Shown: piece by piece, positions 60,385 through 64,000 of the stretch
Numbering within the stretch: position 1 is the first letter of the stretch
How the letters are laid out: each line of letters opens with the position of its first letter
The notes under the pieces: model-generated
Databases searched by the model: none
What the model was told of the DNA's origin: nothing
Seen by the model: only the letters and a program-made list of their open reading frames with translations
Source of the DNA: Mustelus asterias
Lineage: Eukaryota
Direction of reading: 5' to 3'
DNA: 64,000 bases
Assembly: GCF_964213995.1 (NCBI RefSeq)
Contig: NC_135808.1
Span: 21,762,001 to 21,826,000 of the forward strand
Program-made: the position numbers and the translations under genes

Positions 60385-63300
60385 TTTCTCTCTCGCTCGC
60401 TCTCTGCGCACCTCTCTCTCACGCTCTCTGCGCTCCTCTCTCTCTCGCTCTCTGCGCCCCTCTCTTTCGCTCTCTGCGCCCCTCTCTCGCTCGCTCTCTG
60501 CGCCCCTCTCTCTCTCGCTCTCTGCGCTCCTCTCTCTCTCGCTCTCTGCGCTCCTCTCTCTCGCTCTCTGCGCCTCTCTTGCTCGCTCTCTGCGCCTCCC
60601 TCGCTTTCTGCGCGCCTCTCTCTCTCGCTCTCTGCGCCTCTCTCGCTCGCTCTCTGCGCCTCTCTCTCTCGCTCTCTGCGCGCCTCTCTCGCTCACTCTC
60701 TGCTCCTCTCTCGCTCGCTCTCTGCTCCTCTCTCTCGCTCTCTGCGCGCCTCTCTCGCTCACTCTCTGCTCCTCTCTCGCTCACTCTCTGCTCCTCTCTC
60801 GCTCGCTCTCTGCTCCTCTCTCTCTTGCTCTCTGCGTGCCTCTCTCTCTCGCTCTCTGCGCGCCTCTCTCTCTCGCTCTCTGCGCCTCTCTCGCTCGCTC
60901 TCTGTGCCTCTCTCGCTCGCTCTCTGCGCACCTCTCTCTCTCGCTCTCTGCAACTCTCTCGCTCGCTCTCTGCGCGCCTCTCTCGCTCGCTCTCTGCGCC
61001 TCTCTCGCCCGCTCTCTGCGTGCCTCTCTCGCTCGCTCTCTGCGCCTCTCTCGCCCGCTCTCTGCGTGCCTCTCTCGCCCGCTCTCTGCGCGCCTCTCTC
61101 GCTCGCTCTCTTCGCCTCTCCCGCTCGCTCTCTGCGCCTCTCTCGCCCGCTCTCTGCACCTCTCTCGCCCGCTCTCTGTGCGCCTCTCTCGCTCGCTCTC
61201 TGCGCCACTCTCGCCGCTCTCTGCGCGCCTCTCTCGCTCGCTCTCTGCTCCTCTCTCGCTCGCTCTCTGCTCCTCTCTCTCGCTCTCTGCGCCTCTCTCG
61301 CTCGCTCTCTGCACCTCTCTCACTCGCTCTCTGCGCGCCTCTTTCTCTCGCTCTCTGCGCGCCTCTCTCGCTCACTCTCTGCGACTCTCTCTCTCGCTCT
61401 CTGCGCCTCTCTCGCTCGCTCTCTGCGCGCCTCTCTCGCTCGCTCTCTGCGCGCCTCTCTCGCTCGCTCTCTGCGCGCCTCTCTCGCTCTCTGCGCGCCT
61501 CTCTCACTCTCTGCGCCTCTCTCTCTCGCTCTCTGCGCCCCTCTCTCTCTCGCTCTCTGCGTCCCTCTCTCTCTCGCTCTGTGCAGCTCTCTCGCTCGCT
61601 TTCTGCGCACCTCTCCCGCTCGCTCTCTGCGTGCCTCTCCCGCCCGCTCTCTGCGCGCCTCTCCCGCCCGCTCTCTGCGCCTCTCTCGCTCGCTCTCTGC
61701 GCGCCTCTCTCGCTCGCTCTCTGCGCCTCTCTCGCTCGCTCTCTGCGCCTCTCTCTCTCGCTCTCTGCCCGACTCTGTCGCTGGCTCTCTGCGCGGCTCT
61801 CTCTATCGCTCTCTGCGCCTCTCTCGCTCGCTCTCTGCGTGCCTCTCTCTCGCTCTCTGCGCCTCTCTCGCTCGCTCTCTGCACCCCTTTCTCTCTCGCT
61901 CTCTGCCCCTCTCTCGCTCGCTCTCTGTGCCCCTCTCTCTCTCGCTCTCTGCGACTCTCTCGCTCGCTCTCTGCGCGCCTCTCTCTCTCGCTCTCTGTGC
62001 CCCTCTCTCGCTCGCTCTCTGCGCTCCTCTCTCTCTCGCTCTCTGCGCTCCTCTCTCTCTCTCGCTCTCTGCGCTCCTCTCTCTCTCGCTCTCTGCGCCT
62101 CTCTCGCTCTCTGCGCCTCTCTCTCTCGCTCTCTGCGCTCCTCTCTCTCTCGCTCTCTGCGTTCCTCTCTCGCTCGCTCTCAGCGCACCTCTCTCTCTCG
62201 CTCTCTGCGCTCCTCTCTCTCTCGCTCTCTGCGCGCCTCTCTCTCTCGCTCTCTGCGCACCTCTCTCTCTCGCTCTCTGCGCTCCTCTATCTCGCTCTCT
62301 GCGCCCCTCTCTCACTCGCTCTCTGCGCCCCTCTCTCTCTCGCTCTCTGCGCTCCTCTCTCTCTCGCTCTCTGCGCTCCTCTCTCTCGCTCTCTGCTCCT
62401 CTCTCGCTCGCTCTCTGCGCCTCCCTCGCTCTCTGCACGCCTCTCTCTCTCGCACTCTGCGCCTCTCTCGCTCGCTCTCTGCGCCTCTCTCTCTCACTCT
62501 CTGCGCGCCTCTCTCGCTCACTCTCTGCTCCTCTCTCGCTCACTCTCTGCGCCTCTCTCACTCGTTCTCTGCGCGCCTCTCTCGCTCACTCTCTGCTCCT
62601 CTCTTGCTCATTCTCTGCTCCTCTCTCGCTCGCTCTCTGCTCCCCTCTCTCTCGCTCTCTGCGTGCCTCTCTCTCTCTCGCTCTCTGCGCGCCTCACTCT
62701 CTCGCTCTCTGAGCCTCTCTCGCACGCTCTCTGTGCCTCTCTCGCTCGCTCTCTGCGCGCCTCTCTCGCTCGCTCTCTGCGCCTCTCTCGCCCGCTCTAT
62801 GCGTGCCTCTCTCGCTCGCTCTCTGCGCCTCTCTCGCCCGCTCTCTGCGTGCCTCTCTCGCTCGCTCTCTGCGCGCCTCTCTCGCTCGCTCTCTTCGCCT
62901 CTCCCGCTCGCTCTCTGCGCCTCTCTCGCCCGCTCTCTGCGCGCCTCTCTCGCTCGCTCTCTGCGCCTCTCTCGCTCGCTCTCTGTGCGCCTCACTCGCT
63001 CGCTCTCTGCACCACTCTCGCCCGCTCTCTGCGCGCCTCTCTCGCTCGCTCTCTGCTCCTCTCTCGCTCGTTCTCTGCTCCTCTCTCTCTCGCTCTCTGC
63101 GCCTCTCTCGTTCGCTCTCTGCACCTCTCTCTCTCGCTCTCTGCGCGCCTCTCTCGCTCACTCTCTGCGACTCTCTCTCTCGCTCTCTGCGCCCTTCTCT
63201 CTCTCGCTCTCTGCGCCCCTCTCTCTCTCGCTCTCTGCAGCTCTCTCGCTCGCTTTCTGCGCGCCTCTCCCGCTCGCTCTCTGCGCGCCTCTCCCGCCCG

Positions 63301-64000
63301 CTCTCTGCGCGCCTCTCCCGCCCGCTCTCTGCGCCTCTCTCGCTCGCACTCTGCGCGCCTCTCTCGCTCGCTCTCTGCGCCTCTCTCGCTCTCTGCACCT
63401 CTCTCTCTCGCTCTCTGCGCGACTCTCTCGCTCGCTCTCAGCGCGGCTCTCTCTCTCGCTCTCTGCGCCTCTCTCGCTCGCTCTCTGCGTGCCTCTCACT
63501 CGCTCTCTGCGCCTCTCTCTCTCGCTCTCTGCGCCTCTCTCACTCGCTCTCTGCGCCTCTCTCGCACGCTCTCTGCACCCCTCTCTCTCTCGCTCTCTGC
63601 CCCTCTCTCGCTCGCTCTCTGCGCCCCTCTCTCTCTTGCTCTCTTCGCCTCTCTCGCTCGCTCTCTGCGCGCCTCTCTCTCTCGCTCTCTGCGCCCCTCT
63701 CTCGCTCGCTCTCTGCGCTCCTCTCTCTCTCGCTCTCTGCGCCTCTCTCGCTCACTCTCTGCGCCTCTCTCTCTCGCTCTCTGCGTGCCTCTCTCGCTCG
63801 CTCCCTGCGCCCCTCTCTCGCTCGCTCTCTGCGCCCCTCTCTCGCTCGCTCTCTGCGCCTCTCTCGCTCGCTCTCTGCGCCCCTCTCTCGCTCGCTCTCT
63901 GCCCCTCTCTCGCTCGCTCTCTGCGCCACTCTCTCGCTCGCTCTCTGCGCCCCTCTCTCTCTCGCTCTCTGCGACTCTCTCGCTCGCTATCTGCACCCCT
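60385..64000. repeat. >3.6-kb pyrimidine/CpG-rich low-complexity expansion (ctctcgctctctgcgc variants) in intron 6 of copy C
   Basis: Almost entirely C/T/G. It replaces the short (CT/GT) tract of the ~200-bp intron 6 in copies A and B. Confidence 0.95.

Noticed and set aside
60340-63996. Long Arg/Glu- or Leu/Ser/Ala-rich ORFs
   Set aside because: Low-complexity sequence that lacks stop codons by composition.

Overview
Eukaryotic genomic DNA, almost certainly from a shark (inferred from HE1/V-SINE-like SINEs, CR1 LINEs and UAA-like MHC sequence). It holds a small tandem/inverted cluster of MHC class I heavy-chain genes in a repeat-dense region. Copy A (minus strand, 11463->6021) is a complete 7-exon ORF of 348 aa. 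Copy B (plus, 30810->38473) has all 7 exons but a 1-nt frameshift in the alpha1 exon. Copy C (plus, 52702->60297 and possibly beyond the window) keeps only alpha3, TM and the first cytoplasmic exon. Copy D (minus, ~24.8->22.4 kb) keeps only the TM exon and 3' flank. A diverged leader-exon relic lies at ~45.6 kb. Copies A and B have lost several classical peptide-anchoring residues, so they look non-classical. Mobile DNA includes: many Penelope (GIY-YIG) insertions carrying minimal hammerhead ribozymes, one of which splits the S-X-Y promoter of copy A; a decayed ERV env with its 3' LTR; and a Ty3/Gypsy element that has no tRNA primer-binding site but carries a 14-nt sequence complementary to its own R region in self-priming geometry, plus a YLDN RT motif. 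There are also solo LTRs, CR1/RTE fragments, SINEs, TIR elements and many minisatellites, two of which are tandem arrays of splice-donor sites. Coordinates were counted by hand: exon boundaries were checked against phase and length, while repeat boundaries are approximate.
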